46,465 bases of DNA from Candidatus Izemoplasmatales bacterium (lineage in GTDB: Bacteria > Bacillota_I > Bacilli_A > Izemoplasmatales > Hujiaoplasmataceae): the NCBI GenBank assembly GCA_050177605.1, contig JBFXGX010000001.1, positions 1 through 46,465 of the forward strand, given 5' to 3'. Shown here piece by piece: positions 17,414-26,323 of the stretch. The notes beneath the pieces were generated by a model, which was not told the origin of the DNA, made no database searches, and worked only from the letters and a program-made list of their open reading frames with translations. Each line of letters starts with the position of its first letter. Within the stretch, counting starts at the first letter, position 1. A program made the position numbers and the translations under genes.

Positions 17414-18430
17414 CTAAAACCACTTTCGACTCTTAAAAAACAAAATCATTCCTATCGTAATGCCTAGTGTAATTCCTCCAAAAATAAGTAATCCATATGG
17501 ATTTTGAAGGATATCGAAATAGTGAAAATTCATTCCGAAAAAACCAGTCAAAAATGAGAGTGGAATAAAAATAGCACTAAAAATCGTTAATGTTTTCATA
17601 ATGCTGTTCATTCTATTGGATACGTTGTTCATATGTACATCTAATAAATTGCGTAATAATTCTCTTCCTGTGTTGATATCATCATAAATTCGTTTCATAT
17701 GGTCAAAGATATCATCAAAATATTTATCAATTTCACGAGAAATAAGTAAGCTTTTTTTATAGTCTGCTTTTACAAAACTATCATAGATTGGATCAATCGT
17801 TTTTTTAAGATAAAGCAACTCTTTTCTAAGCCCATAGAATTGTGACTGATTCGCGGATTCCAATTGAATGATATCTTCTTCAAGTTTAAGAGTTTGCATT
17901 GATATTTCTTTTTCAACAAAAATATCATTGTCAAGAATTGTATCTAAAATTACGTAGAACAAATAATCGAGTTTTCCTTTGCGAATCATTCCCTTATTAT
18001 TTTCAAGACGTTTATAAATTTCATCAAAGATAAATGTATTATGTTCATGAAATGATATTAGTTTGTCTTTGAATAATAAGACACTAAAATAATCATGTTT
18101 TATTTCCTTGTTTGACAAATAGGAATAACTTAATACCGCAAACACATACGTTTCAAAGAATTCAATTTTATTTCTTTGATTCACATTTAAAATATCTTCG
18201 ATGACTAAAGGATCGACTCCAAAATTCTCACAAACAGACTTAATTTTTGAGGCATCCGACAAGCCTTTGAACATAATCCAATCATTCACTTCTGGTTTTA
18301 ATTCAAGTGAATCTGTCGTTTCTAAAATGTCTTTGTTATAAATAACGTGCTGAATTTTCGTTTCTACTTGATGTTGTCCAGTATAGACTGCGCTCCCAGG
18401 CGGCAAGTTCCTTTTGATATTTAAATTCAT
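17414..18430 (-). CDS. corA: Magnesium/cobalt transporter CorA
   Basis: PPGS N-terminus; MKTLTIFSAIFIPLSFLTGFFGMNF signature. Confidence 0.93.
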   Translation of the reverse strand: MNLNIKRNLPPGSAVYTGQHQVETKIQHVIYNKDILETTDSLELKPEVNDWIMFKGLSDASKIKSVCENFGVDPLVIEDILNVNQRNKIEFFETYVFAVLSYSYLSNKEIKHDYFSVLLFKDKLISFHEHNTFIFDEIYKRLENNKGMIRKGKLDYLFYVILDTILDNDIFVEKEISMQTLKLEEDIIQLESANQSQFYGLRKELLYLKKTIDPIYDSFVKADYKKSLLISREIDKYFDDIFDHMKRIYDDINTGRELLRNLLDVHMNNVSNRMNSIMKTLTIFSAIFIPLSFLTGFFGMNFHYFDILQNPYGLLIFGGITLGITIGMILFFKSRKWF

Positions 18431-18511
18431 CTTGATCGCTCCTCAAAATAATATATTTCTATTATAACACTAAAATCATAAAACAATAAAAAAGAGAAGT
18501 TTCATCTTCTC

Positions 18512-18958
18512 TTATTCCTCGATTTTTGTTTGTTTTAAAGCAGTATTAATTTGATTATGATATACGATGTATTTTTGGACAATAAATTCAGTAACCATAT
18601 TGATAATCATTGTCGGAATCAATACGAGGTAATAATTCCATTGTAAGTCGACAGTAAAATAATGACCCCACCAAAGTGATAGTGGTGTAAATATCGCATA
18701 ATAGATTGCGACGATTGTCATTGCAATCGGTACGTTCGCTGCGGACTTAAATGTGAACTTACGATTTAAAGTAAAATTCCAAAGTACCGAAAGTACTAAA
18801 GCAATAAAATAAGCTGGATCATAGACAAGCTTGCCAATCTCTGTCAATAAAGTAAATGATACAAATTGAATTACCCCAGCCGAAACTGAGAATAAGAAAA
18901 ATTTGATCATATGAATCTGGTGTTCTGTAAGTATAAACTTCTTGGTTTTTTCTTCCAT
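18512..18958 (-). CDS. GtrA family membrane protein
   Basis: KFFLFSVSAG..SVLWNFTLNRKFTFKS. Start probably 18958 or 18967, not the track's 19039, because an extended -10 lies near 18990. Confidence 0.8.
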   Translation of the reverse strand: MEEKTKKFILTEHQIHMIKFFLFSVSAGVIQFVSFTLLTEIGKLVYDPAYFIALVLSVLWNFTLNRKFTFKSAANVPIAMTIVAIYYAIFTPLSLWWGHYFTVDLQWNYYLVLIPTMIINMVTEFIVQKYIVYHNQINTALKQTKIEE

Positions 18959-19056
18959 ATATTTCATCTCATCTCTATAGTAATCTATCGTATTATAGCA
19001 CAAGTTGACAAAAACAATACAATTTGACAATAATACCACATTTTGTAAATTGGTTT

Positions 19057-19845
19057 TTAAGAATTAACTTTGAGTTTCGATAATACCATGCCTATTTCTT
19101 CATAATGAGAGGACGGAATGCAGAACAGCTTAACCCCTCCTGAAAATAAGTCGAGTTTATGAATACTTTTCTTGTATTTAACATTCTTTTTAAGAAATCT
19201 TTTCTCTTTTTTAAACAGTGAGTGATACTTTACTTCTTGGTCTATGAGAATGAGGCGAAATCTTTTCGCAAAAAGAAATTCATAACCTGCATAGATTAAC
19301 AATGCCATATCAACCAAATAATAAAGAACCCAAAAAACACTGATTTTTGCTAAAAAAATAGAAACGAAAGATAGAATCAACACGAAAAGCAATACAATCC
19401 TACTTCTTATTTTTACAGTCACACTAGGGACGAGTTGATGCAGTGGAAAATCAACAGATGTTGATAAGTCGAGAAGATTCGTTTTACTTGTTTGATTCCA
19501 TATTGAACACAAAAATCTTCCTTCATTATTAAAAAGTAAATATCCATTTGCACTTTTCTTGATCAAGGTCGTTTTCATCTCGTAACGATGTTTTATAAAG
19601 AACCACCGATATAATACGATTTGATTTTGACTGATTTTTACTCGTTCAACGAATCCCAGGAAGCCAAGATAAATAACTGATACTGCAAAAGGGATACTAT
19701 AAATTAATATCGTATTCGTTGCATTGGTCCAAGCCCAGTGGTCTTGTACCAAATAAAAAGTCAGTAATCCGAAAAGCAATAATAAATTGATGCATAAGAT
19801 TAAAAAGATTTTTTGTAAAGTTGTCCAATTTGTTTTTGCGCTCAT
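19057..19845 (-). CDS. Hypothetical membrane protein with two (2TM + basic beta domain) units
   Basis: Long ORF; ATGA overlap with the upstream gene; internal duplication seen by eye. Confidence 0.65.
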   Translation of the reverse strand: MSAKTNWTTLQKIFLILCINLLLLFGLLTFYLVQDHWAWTNATNTILIYSIPFAVSVIYLGFLGFVERVKISQNQIVLYRWFFIKHRYEMKTTLIKKSANGYLLFNNEGRFLCSIWNQTSKTNLLDLSTSVDFPLHQLVPSVTVKIRSRIVLLFVLILSFVSIFLAKISVFWVLYYLVDMALLIYAGYEFLFAKRFRLILIDQEVKYHSLFKKEKRFLKKNVKYKKSIHKLDLFSGGVKLFCIPSSHYEEIGMVLSKLKVNS

Positions 19846-20525
19846 CTTAACTTCTCCTTCTTTCTTCGGGTCATTTCTTGAAAATCCTCGTGAAGCATTC
19901 CTTTTGATAAATTATCCTTAACGTATTTTAATGGATCTGACTTCATAATATAATATGCATTTGTTTCGATAACTGGAATACCAAATGACTTCACCATTTG
20001 ATATGTTTTTCTACCAAACTCAATTTGAAAATCGATGTCATTGCTTTTTGATAGAAAATGAAGATGGTGTGACAGAACACGATATTGTTGTGTTGTATTG
20101 ACGACGATTTCAAATTGCTCATATAGGTAGAAGTTATCTTTATACTCAAATCCTTCTTTTGTAAATGTAACCTGCACCAAAGAAGATTCAATTAGAAATC
20201 TATACATATTCTCCTTCTCTTGAATGTCAACACTGAGGATGTCGAGCATTATTTCGAATTCGTCCCTTAGTTCTCTTTTGTAGACTAATACACCCCAAAT
20301 AACCATCCAAACCAAAAAAACAGCCCACACGGTTATCCAGAGGATTGCATATGTTTCAACAAAAGGAAATCTATCTTCATCAATCGCTGCAGGAAGTGCT
20401 AACAAGATGAGAGGAAAAATAATTAATAGGATCGTATAATTAAATCGAAAACGGTAAGGTCTCATATTTTGTTTTTCATATCGAATCTGTTCTTTGAAAG
20501 AACCTTGCCTAAATTGCTTGTTCAT
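19842..20525 (-). CDS. Hypothetical membrane protein (2 TM + soluble domain)
   Basis: Long ORF; start probably ATG 20525 after AGGGA (track start 20561). Confidence 0.65.
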   Translation of the reverse strand: MNKQFRQGSFKEQIRYEKQNMRPYRFRFNYTILLIIFPLILLALPAAIDEDRFPFVETYAILWITVWAVFLVWMVIWGVLVYKRELRDEFEIMLDILSVDIQEKENMYRFLIESSLVQVTFTKEGFEYKDNFYLYEQFEIVVNTTQQYRVLSHHLHFLSKSNDIDFQIEFGRKTYQMVKSFGIPVIETNAYYIMKSDPLKYVKDNLSKGMLHEDFQEMTRRKKEKLR

Positions 20526-20666
20526 AGAATGCTTTTCCCTATAACTTATGACATATATCAAAATTATACATCAAAGAGCCTTGTAAAAAAACAAGGATAT
20601 AAAAAAATAAGCCTCAGCTTATTAGATTTCAATGGTGCCCTATGAGAACAAATAAATACGCACAAT

Positions 20667-21134
20667 TTACGCGAAAAAACTTATAAGTGTCCCAAAGTCC
20701 TTTAACATACCTTTTATAGGACACTGTGGAAAAGTGTAGGACAATGAAAGAAATCGGAGTACATCTTCTCTCCATACTTGTTCGATATATTTAAAATAAC
20801 TATCGCCTGGTTTAGTTTCAGTAACAGCTCTATCATAAACGTATAATCGCCCATATTCTTTGTCAACTAGTACAGCGGTTCTATCATCTTGATTAGACTC
20901 AAGAATTTTTAGTACATTTTTGAAATGATAAAACGGACTAAATCCATGGAATTCTTCAGATTTTAGTGTTTTAGGTGAAAATGATAGAACGAAATTAAGT
21001 TGATCATCGCTAAAGTGGTATTTATTTCTTAATTTTGCACTTAGTAGTTCTTTTTTATCCATCTTTTCCATTAACTGATGATCGATTTTACAGTATACTT
21101 TGGAAATATTAGTACTGATTTTTTCACAACGCAC
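20667..21134 (-). CDS. Hypothetical protein, possibly frameshifted at its 5' end
   Basis: 155-aa ORF. The RBS GGAGGTG fits an out-of-frame GTG at 21127 better than the track start. Confidence 0.4.
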   Translation of the reverse strand: MRCEKISTNISKVYCKIDHQLMEKMDKKELLSAKLRNKYHFSDDQLNFVLSFSPKTLKSEEFHGFSPFYHFKNVLKILESNQDDRTAVLVDKEYGRLYVYDRAVTETKPGDSYFKYIEQVWREDVLRFLSLSYTFPQCPIKGMLKDFGTLISFFA

Positions 21135-21220
21135 CTCCAGTATGGCGAATCAATTTATTAATAGCTTATTTATTGATTCGTAAAACATGATTGTCACATC
21201 CGTTTAAATCTTTTCGAATC

Positions 21221-22282
21221 CTAAAAGTCTGCCATTTTAACAAGTTCTAACAGTCTATGATTGATATAAATCTTATCTCTACCAACCATTTCAGATACTA
21301 AAATACCAGCTTTTTCGAGTTCGATTAAATAAGTGGAAGCTGTTTTTCTACTAACTCCAAGCCCATCTTCAACATAGCTAATTTTTGTATAAAACTCATG
21401 AAATATCACATCAACAAGTTCTTTTGAGTAAATTTTGGGCAGTTTTTCTTTTATGCCCAGTTTAACATCGTTAATTAAATTTATGATTTTTTTCATAACA
21501 ACTAGTGTATTAATGGCTGTTTCTTCAATACCTTTTAACAAATATACAATTAGAGATTCCCAATCATTATCGTTTCTTACAGATTGTAAAAATGTATAGT
21601 ATTGTTGCTTATTTTTATTGATGTATTTGCTCAAATAGAGAATAGGTGAATCTAGTAATCCTTTTAGTACTAAATAAAGAATGTTAATAACTCTGCCAGT
21701 TCTACCATTACCATCATAAAATGGATGGATGGATTCAAATTGATAATGGATAATTGCGAGCTTAACTAGATCATCTATTTCATCATCTTGATTGATATAG
21801 TTTTCTAAATTAGTCATAAATTGCATGATTTCATCATAACTTGTAGGTGGTGTGTAGACTACTTCTTTTGTTCTATCATTCATTAGAACTGTACCAGGGA
21901 CTCGTCTAACGCCAGCGTCACTATTTTCGATGATACTTTGAATAGTGATAATCATATTCGTTGAAATGAATCCATTTTGTTTGACGAGTTCATACCCATT
22001 CCAGAGAGCTCTTCTATAGTTGATGACTTCCTTTGAAGGTCCAGTTTCTTTAGCACCACTCATCGCTTTATATAATTCATCGTGTGTTGTAATAATGTTT
22101 TCTATTTCAGATGAGTTTTTCGCTTCATTAATCATTGCAGCATTGATTAAAATATTTTTGTTGGGTATAACATCGGAAAATCCCTTAAGTTCAGCTAATG
22201 CTTTGTGTGTATTTAACAATTGCTTCAGGATAGCAATAGAATCAAAATTTTCTTTTGGTGGTAACATCGAAAGTTTAAACAT
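21221..22282 (-). CDS. Class II (SoFic-like) Fic AMPylase with C-terminal HTH
   Basis: Intact HPFYDGNGRTGR, N-terminal inhibitory SSEIEN motif, C-terminal LGVSRKTASTYLIELEKAGIL. Confidence 0.92.
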   Translation of the reverse strand: MFKLSMLPPKENFDSIAILKQLLNTHKALAELKGFSDVIPNKNILINAAMINEAKNSSEIENIITTHDELYKAMSGAKETGPSKEVINYRRALWNGYELVKQNGFISTNMIITIQSIIENSDAGVRRVPGTVLMNDRTKEVVYTPPTSYDEIMQFMTNLENYINQDDEIDDLVKLAIIHYQFESIHPFYDGNGRTGRVINILYLVLKGLLDSPILYLSKYINKNKQQYYTFLQSVRNDNDWESLIVYLLKGIEETAINTLVVMKKIINLINDVKLGIKEKLPKIYSKELVDVIFHEFYTKISYVEDGLGVSRKTASTYLIELEKAGILVSEMVGRDKIYINHRLLELVKMADF

Positions 22283-22302
22283 TTTATCCCTCCTTGGACA
22301 TA

Positions 22303-22331
22303 ATTATATAGGAAATTATTACCTACGTCAA
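22303..22331 (-). promoter_or_regulatory. Sigma-A promoter of the Fic gene with palindromic spacer
   Basis: TTGACG, 17 bp, TATAAT. The spacer TAGGAAATTATTACCTA is a near-perfect palindrome. Confidence 0.8.
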
Positions 22332-22383
22332 TATAATGTGAGTATTTTTTTTGTTTTTTTACCTGTGTTTTTCTTGGGTAAGT

Positions 22384-22408
22384 AAAAAAGACTCACATTG
22401 GAGTCTTT
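22384..22408 (-). terminator. Terminator after tRNA-Leu
   Basis: AAAGACTC-6nt-GAGTCTTT with a U-tract on the minus strand. Confidence 0.75.
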
Positions 22409-22419
22409 AAAGTTAACTT

Positions 22420-22506
22420 TGGTACCGGTGGTCGGACTCGAACCGACACGCTTTTAAGGGCAATGGATTTTGAGTCCATCGTGTCTACCTATTTCACCAC
22501 ACCGGC
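22420..22506 (-). tRNA. tRNA-Leu (anticodon CAA)
   Basis: GCCGGTG acceptor, ATGGA-CTCAAAA-TCCAT anticodon arm, long variable arm, GGTTCGAGTCC T-arm, encoded CCA; 87 nt. Confidence 0.97.
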
Positions 22507-22586
22507 GTAGCATGTATTATTATACCTAATTTATGATAAAAAGAAAAGTATTTTTTACTAAAAAGAAAGGCCGCAAGAAGCGGCCT

Positions 22587-24452
22587 TTATTGTTTAATAG
22601 AGAGTTCTAACATCTCTTCAGAATATTGGTTTGTATAGAGTTCGTAATAATGTCCTTTTTGCTTAATTAATTCTTTATGCGTACCACTTTCAATTACCTG
22701 TCCGTTCTCTAGAACCAAAATACGGTCACTATGAACAATCGTTGATAATCGGTGAGCTACAATAAAACTCGTTCTACCTTTGAGAAGCTTCTCAATCGCT
22801 GTTTGAATCAATTTCTCAGTTTCAGTATCAACGCTCGAAGTCGCTTCATCAAGAACTAAAATTCGTGGATCCGCTAAGATTGCTCTAGCGAAAGAAATAA
22901 GTTGTTTTTGACCCACACTAAGTCTTGAACCGCCTTCTCCACATTCAGTTTCATATCCACGTTCAAAACGGGTAATAAACTCATGTGCTTCAACGGCTTT
23001 GGCTGCCTCAATGACTTCTTCATCTGTCGCGTCTAATTTACCATAACGTATGTTTTCCATAACACTTCCGCTAAATAGATGAGGAGATTGAAGTACATAT
23101 CCTAAATTGGAGTGCAACCAACCTAAACTACGTTCTTTGTAATCTTTTCCGTCAATGAAGATGTGTCCTTCAGTTGGTTCATAGAACCTACAGATTAAGT
23201 TCACAATCGTTGATTTTCCTGCTCCTGTATGTCCCACTAACGCGATAGATTCTCCTTCAGATACTTTTAAATTAAAGTTGCTTAAAACTTTTTCTCCTAC
23301 TTGATACTTGAAAGAAACATTTCTAAATTCAATATCTCCTTTGAGTGGTTCAAAGTTTTCTAACTTATAATTGAATAAAGTTCCATATTTTTGGATGACT
23401 TCATCAGTATCTGTGATATCTGGTTTTGTTTCAATTAGCGAAACGATACGTTCTGCAGAAGCTTGAGCTTGTTGGAAATTAGCATAGATTGAAGCTATAT
23501 TATTCACTGGCTCAAAAAATTGCCATACATAATTCGTGAAGATATATAGTGTACCTACACTGATGGATAGATTAATAACCATATTACCACCAGTATAGTA
23601 AATCAACGCCGTCCCTATTGAAATTAAGAAAATAACAGAAGGGAAATAGAGTCCTTGAAACATCGCAGCACGAATCGATTGTTTGCGCATATCGGATGTT
23701 AACGTATCGAAGTCTTCAAAATTAGACTCTTCAAGTACGAGTGTTTTCGTCGTAATTGCGCCTGTAATACCTTCATTATACGCGCCAGTAATTTTTGAGT
23801 TTACTTTACGAATTGAACGGTAACTTTTAAGAATATACCTACGAAAATAAGTTGATATCAACATTAATATAGGCACGATAGCTAATGTGATTAAAGCTAA
23901 CTTAAAGTTGATTATGAGCATCACCACGATTAAAATCACCATTAAGAATAATCCCCAGGAGAAATCAATGACTCCCCAAGACAAAATTTCACTCAAGTTC
24001 CGTGAATCACTAGTCATTCTCGCCATAATCCAACCAGTACGAGTACGGTCATAATAGGAAAATGGTAGTTCTTGTAAATGTGTAAAAGCTTTATTTCTGA
24101 TTGTATAAGCAAGTTCTGTTTGCACACGTCCAGCAAGCACAATGAAAATATAGACCATCGTCGCTTGAATTACCATGAATACCGCATAGAACAAAATGAA
24201 ATATTTCAGTAAACTTAAATCTTGTGTTCCTGCTTCAACGTTTGGATTAATGATTCCATCAATCGCAAATTTTGAGATATACGGATAGATAACATCCGTA
24301 GAAGCTAAAACCATCATCGCAAGCACACTAAAAATAACTTGCTTCTTAAGTGGTTTCATAAAACTAAAAATCTTTTTCCATACATTCCAATCAATTTTCT
24401 GGGATGCAAAACTCTCCTCATCTAATAGATGATCATCCATGAATTTCACCAT
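22587..24452 (-). CDS. ABC exporter, fused permease/ATPase (heterodimer subunit with catalytic Glu)
   Basis: GHTGAGKS, degenerate signature LSVGQ, ILVLDEATS, AHR. Confidence 0.93.
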   Translation of the reverse strand: MVKFMDDHLLDEESFASQKIDWNVWKKIFSFMKPLKKQVIFSVLAMMVLASTDVIYPYISKFAIDGIINPNVEAGTQDLSLLKYFILFYAVFMVIQATMVYIFIVLAGRVQTELAYTIRNKAFTHLQELPFSYYDRTRTGWIMARMTSDSRNLSEILSWGVIDFSWGLFLMVILIVVMLIINFKLALITLAIVPILMLISTYFRRYILKSYRSIRKVNSKITGAYNEGITGAITTKTLVLEESNFEDFDTLTSDMRKQSIRAAMFQGLYFPSVIFLISIGTALIYYTGGNMVINLSISVGTLYIFTNYVWQFFEPVNNIASIYANFQQAQASAERIVSLIETKPDITDTDEVIQKYGTLFNYKLENFEPLKGDIEFRNVSFKYQVGEKVLSNFNLKVSEGESIALVGHTGAGKSTIVNLICRFYEPTEGHIFIDGKDYKERSLGWLHSNLGYVLQSPHLFSGSVMENIRYGKLDATDEEVIEAAKAVEAHEFITRFERGYETECGEGGSRLSVGQKQLISFARAILADPRILVLDEATSSVDTETEKLIQTAIEKLLKGRTSFIVAHRLSTIVHSDRILVLENGQVIESGTHKELIKQKGHYYELYTNQYSEEMLELSIKQ

Positions 24453-26292
24453 CCTCTACTTGGAAATCAATTGTAGATTGAATATCCCATATTTTTTTGT
24501 ATAAGCCACCGACTTCTAGCAATTCTTGATGGGTTCCACTTTCTTTAATCTTTCCGCCATCAATGACAAAAATTCTGTCTGCTTCTTTCGCTGTCGTAAT
24601 TCGGTGGGTAATGATAAAGACTGTTGAGTCTTTCCATTCTTTTTTCAGTGCATTTCTAATTTGTAAATCTGTTTCTGTATCCACAGCACTCAGTGAATCG
24701 TCAAAAATTAAAATTGGTTTCGGTTTTAAAAGCATTCTCGCAATTGCGACACGTTGTTTTTGTCCACCAGATAAAGTGACTCCGCGTTCACCAACGAGCG
24801 TTTGATATCCTTGTTCAAAGCCAATAATGTCTTCATGAACATGGGCAATCTTCGCCACTTCTTCAACTCGAGAAAGTTCTGATTTGCGATTTGAAATCGC
24901 AATATTTTCTTCGACAGTTTTTGAGAATAAGAACGGTTCTTGCAAGATAATGCCAACATTATTTCGTAAATGATGTTTTTCAATTGTATTCAATTCATGT
25001 TCATCAATATAAATATGACCATTCTCATAATCAAGTAAACGAACTAAGATGTTCATTAAGGTTGTTTTTCCTGAACCCGTCTTCCCAACAATTGCAATTG
25101 TTTCTCCTTTATTCACTTTAAAACTGATATCTTCTAATTGATAATAAGTTGAATCAGGGAATTGGAAACTAACGTGATCGAAAGTAACACTTCCAGCAAT
25201 TGCTGGTTCAATTTGATTGACCTCATCAATATATTCATTTCTTGTAGCAATGATCTTATCAAGACGAGATACCGCAACAGTAGCTTTAGAGAAGTCTCCA
25301 ACCAAACGTCCAAGTTGTCTCATTGGCCAAATAATGTTTCCTGAATAAGCTAAAAACGCTGTATAGACACCTACAGAAATAATGCCTTGAGTCGCATAGA
25401 TAAGACCGGTCACAGCGATTAAGAAAAACTGTGCAAAACAGATAAAATCTGTACCACTCCAAAACACTGCCATCCATTTAACTAATCGGTAATCCGAGTT
25501 GGTAAAGGTTCGGTTAAGGTTTGTAAATTTCTCGACTTCAAACTTTTCATTTGCGAATGCCTTTACGACACGCGCCCCACTAACGTTTTCTTGTACATGG
25601 GTTGTCATTTTTGATTCGTTTTGTTCAATTGTTTGAAAGAGATTTTCTACTTTCTTAAAGTAGATAATCGCAATCGTTAAAATGACAGGTGTAATCAGTA
25701 ATGATATCCATGTTAAATTAACATTGAGTTTCATCATTTGATAAATCGATAAGATTACAAGTAATACGAGTCGTACTACTTCAATAATTTGATCACTTAT
25801 AAATCGTTTATACGTGTCCACATCGGTGGTACAACGTTGAATCATATCTCCTGTTTCGCTGTGTGAATGGAAATCATATCCTAAATTTTGTAATTGTATA
25901 AATAAGTTGTTTCTTAAATTGTATCCTACACGTTCTGCAAACACAGCAGTAAAGCTTCTTCGAATAAAAATTGAGATTGCACGGATAAAATCGATTCCGA
26001 CAATGAGTAATGCAGTGAGTAATAATTGTTCTTTAATTGTAGGTGCAGCGATTAGGTTTTGTAAAAATAGCGGTAATTTTGAACCTTCGTTGCTATAACC
26101 TAAAATAACGTCAATAATATGTTGCCCAAATAACGGTGTAATTGAGCGAATATATGATATAAAATATAAGAAAATGAAGGATAAAATTAATAACGGCCAA
26201 TAGGCACCCATCCATTTAAAGATGAGTAATAGGCTATGTCCAACACTTCTTTTTGGTCCAGTTGATTTTGCCTGGGTTTCCATATCGTTCAC
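24433..26292 (-). CDS. ABC exporter, fused permease/ATPase (heterodimer subunit with degenerate Walker B)
   Basis: GKTGSGKT, LSGGQ, ILIFDDSLS (Glu to Asp); TM287/288-type asymmetry. Confidence 0.93.
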   Translation of the reverse strand: MNDMETQAKSTGPKRSVGHSLLLIFKWMGAYWPLLILSFIFLYFISYIRSITPLFGQHIIDVILGYSNEGSKLPLFLQNLIAAPTIKEQLLLTALLIVGIDFIRAISIFIRRSFTAVFAERVGYNLRNNLFIQLQNLGYDFHSHSETGDMIQRCTTDVDTYKRFISDQIIEVVRLVLLVILSIYQMMKLNVNLTWISLLITPVILTIAIIYFKKVENLFQTIEQNESKMTTHVQENVSGARVVKAFANEKFEVEKFTNLNRTFTNSDYRLVKWMAVFWSGTDFICFAQFFLIAVTGLIYATQGIISVGVYTAFLAYSGNIIWPMRQLGRLVGDFSKATVAVSRLDKIIATRNEYIDEVNQIEPAIAGSVTFDHVSFQFPDSTYYQLEDISFKVNKGETIAIVGKTGSGKTTLMNILVRLLDYENGHIYIDEHELNTIEKHHLRNNVGIILQEPFLFSKTVEENIAISNRKSELSRVEEVAKIAHVHEDIIGFEQGYQTLVGERGVTLSGGQKQRVAIARMLLKPKPILIFDDSLSAVDTETDLQIRNALKKEWKDSTVFIITHRITTAKEADRIFVIDGGKIKESGTHQELLEVGGLYKKIWDIQSTIDFQVEDGEIHG

Positions 26293-26323
26293 CCCATTTC
26301 TAATAAGATATGGATTTTGTCTT

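Noticed and set aside
19005..19030. Direct repeat TTGACAA twice, upstream of the GtrA gene
   Set aside because: Only 7 bp in AT-rich DNA. It could be a regulator site or chance, and I have no further support.
22020..22385. 121-aa plus-strand ORF and the other short antisense ORFs in the track (e.g. 532-720, 877-1128, 2771-3025, 37643-37909, 42385-42657)
   Set aside because: They are shadows on the opposite strand of well-supported genes, and I saw no recognisable motifs in them.
22587..26292. Degenerate ATPase motifs in the ABC pair as a novelty
   Set aside because: One degenerate and one consensus site is the known pattern of heterodimeric exporters (TM287/288, TmrAB).
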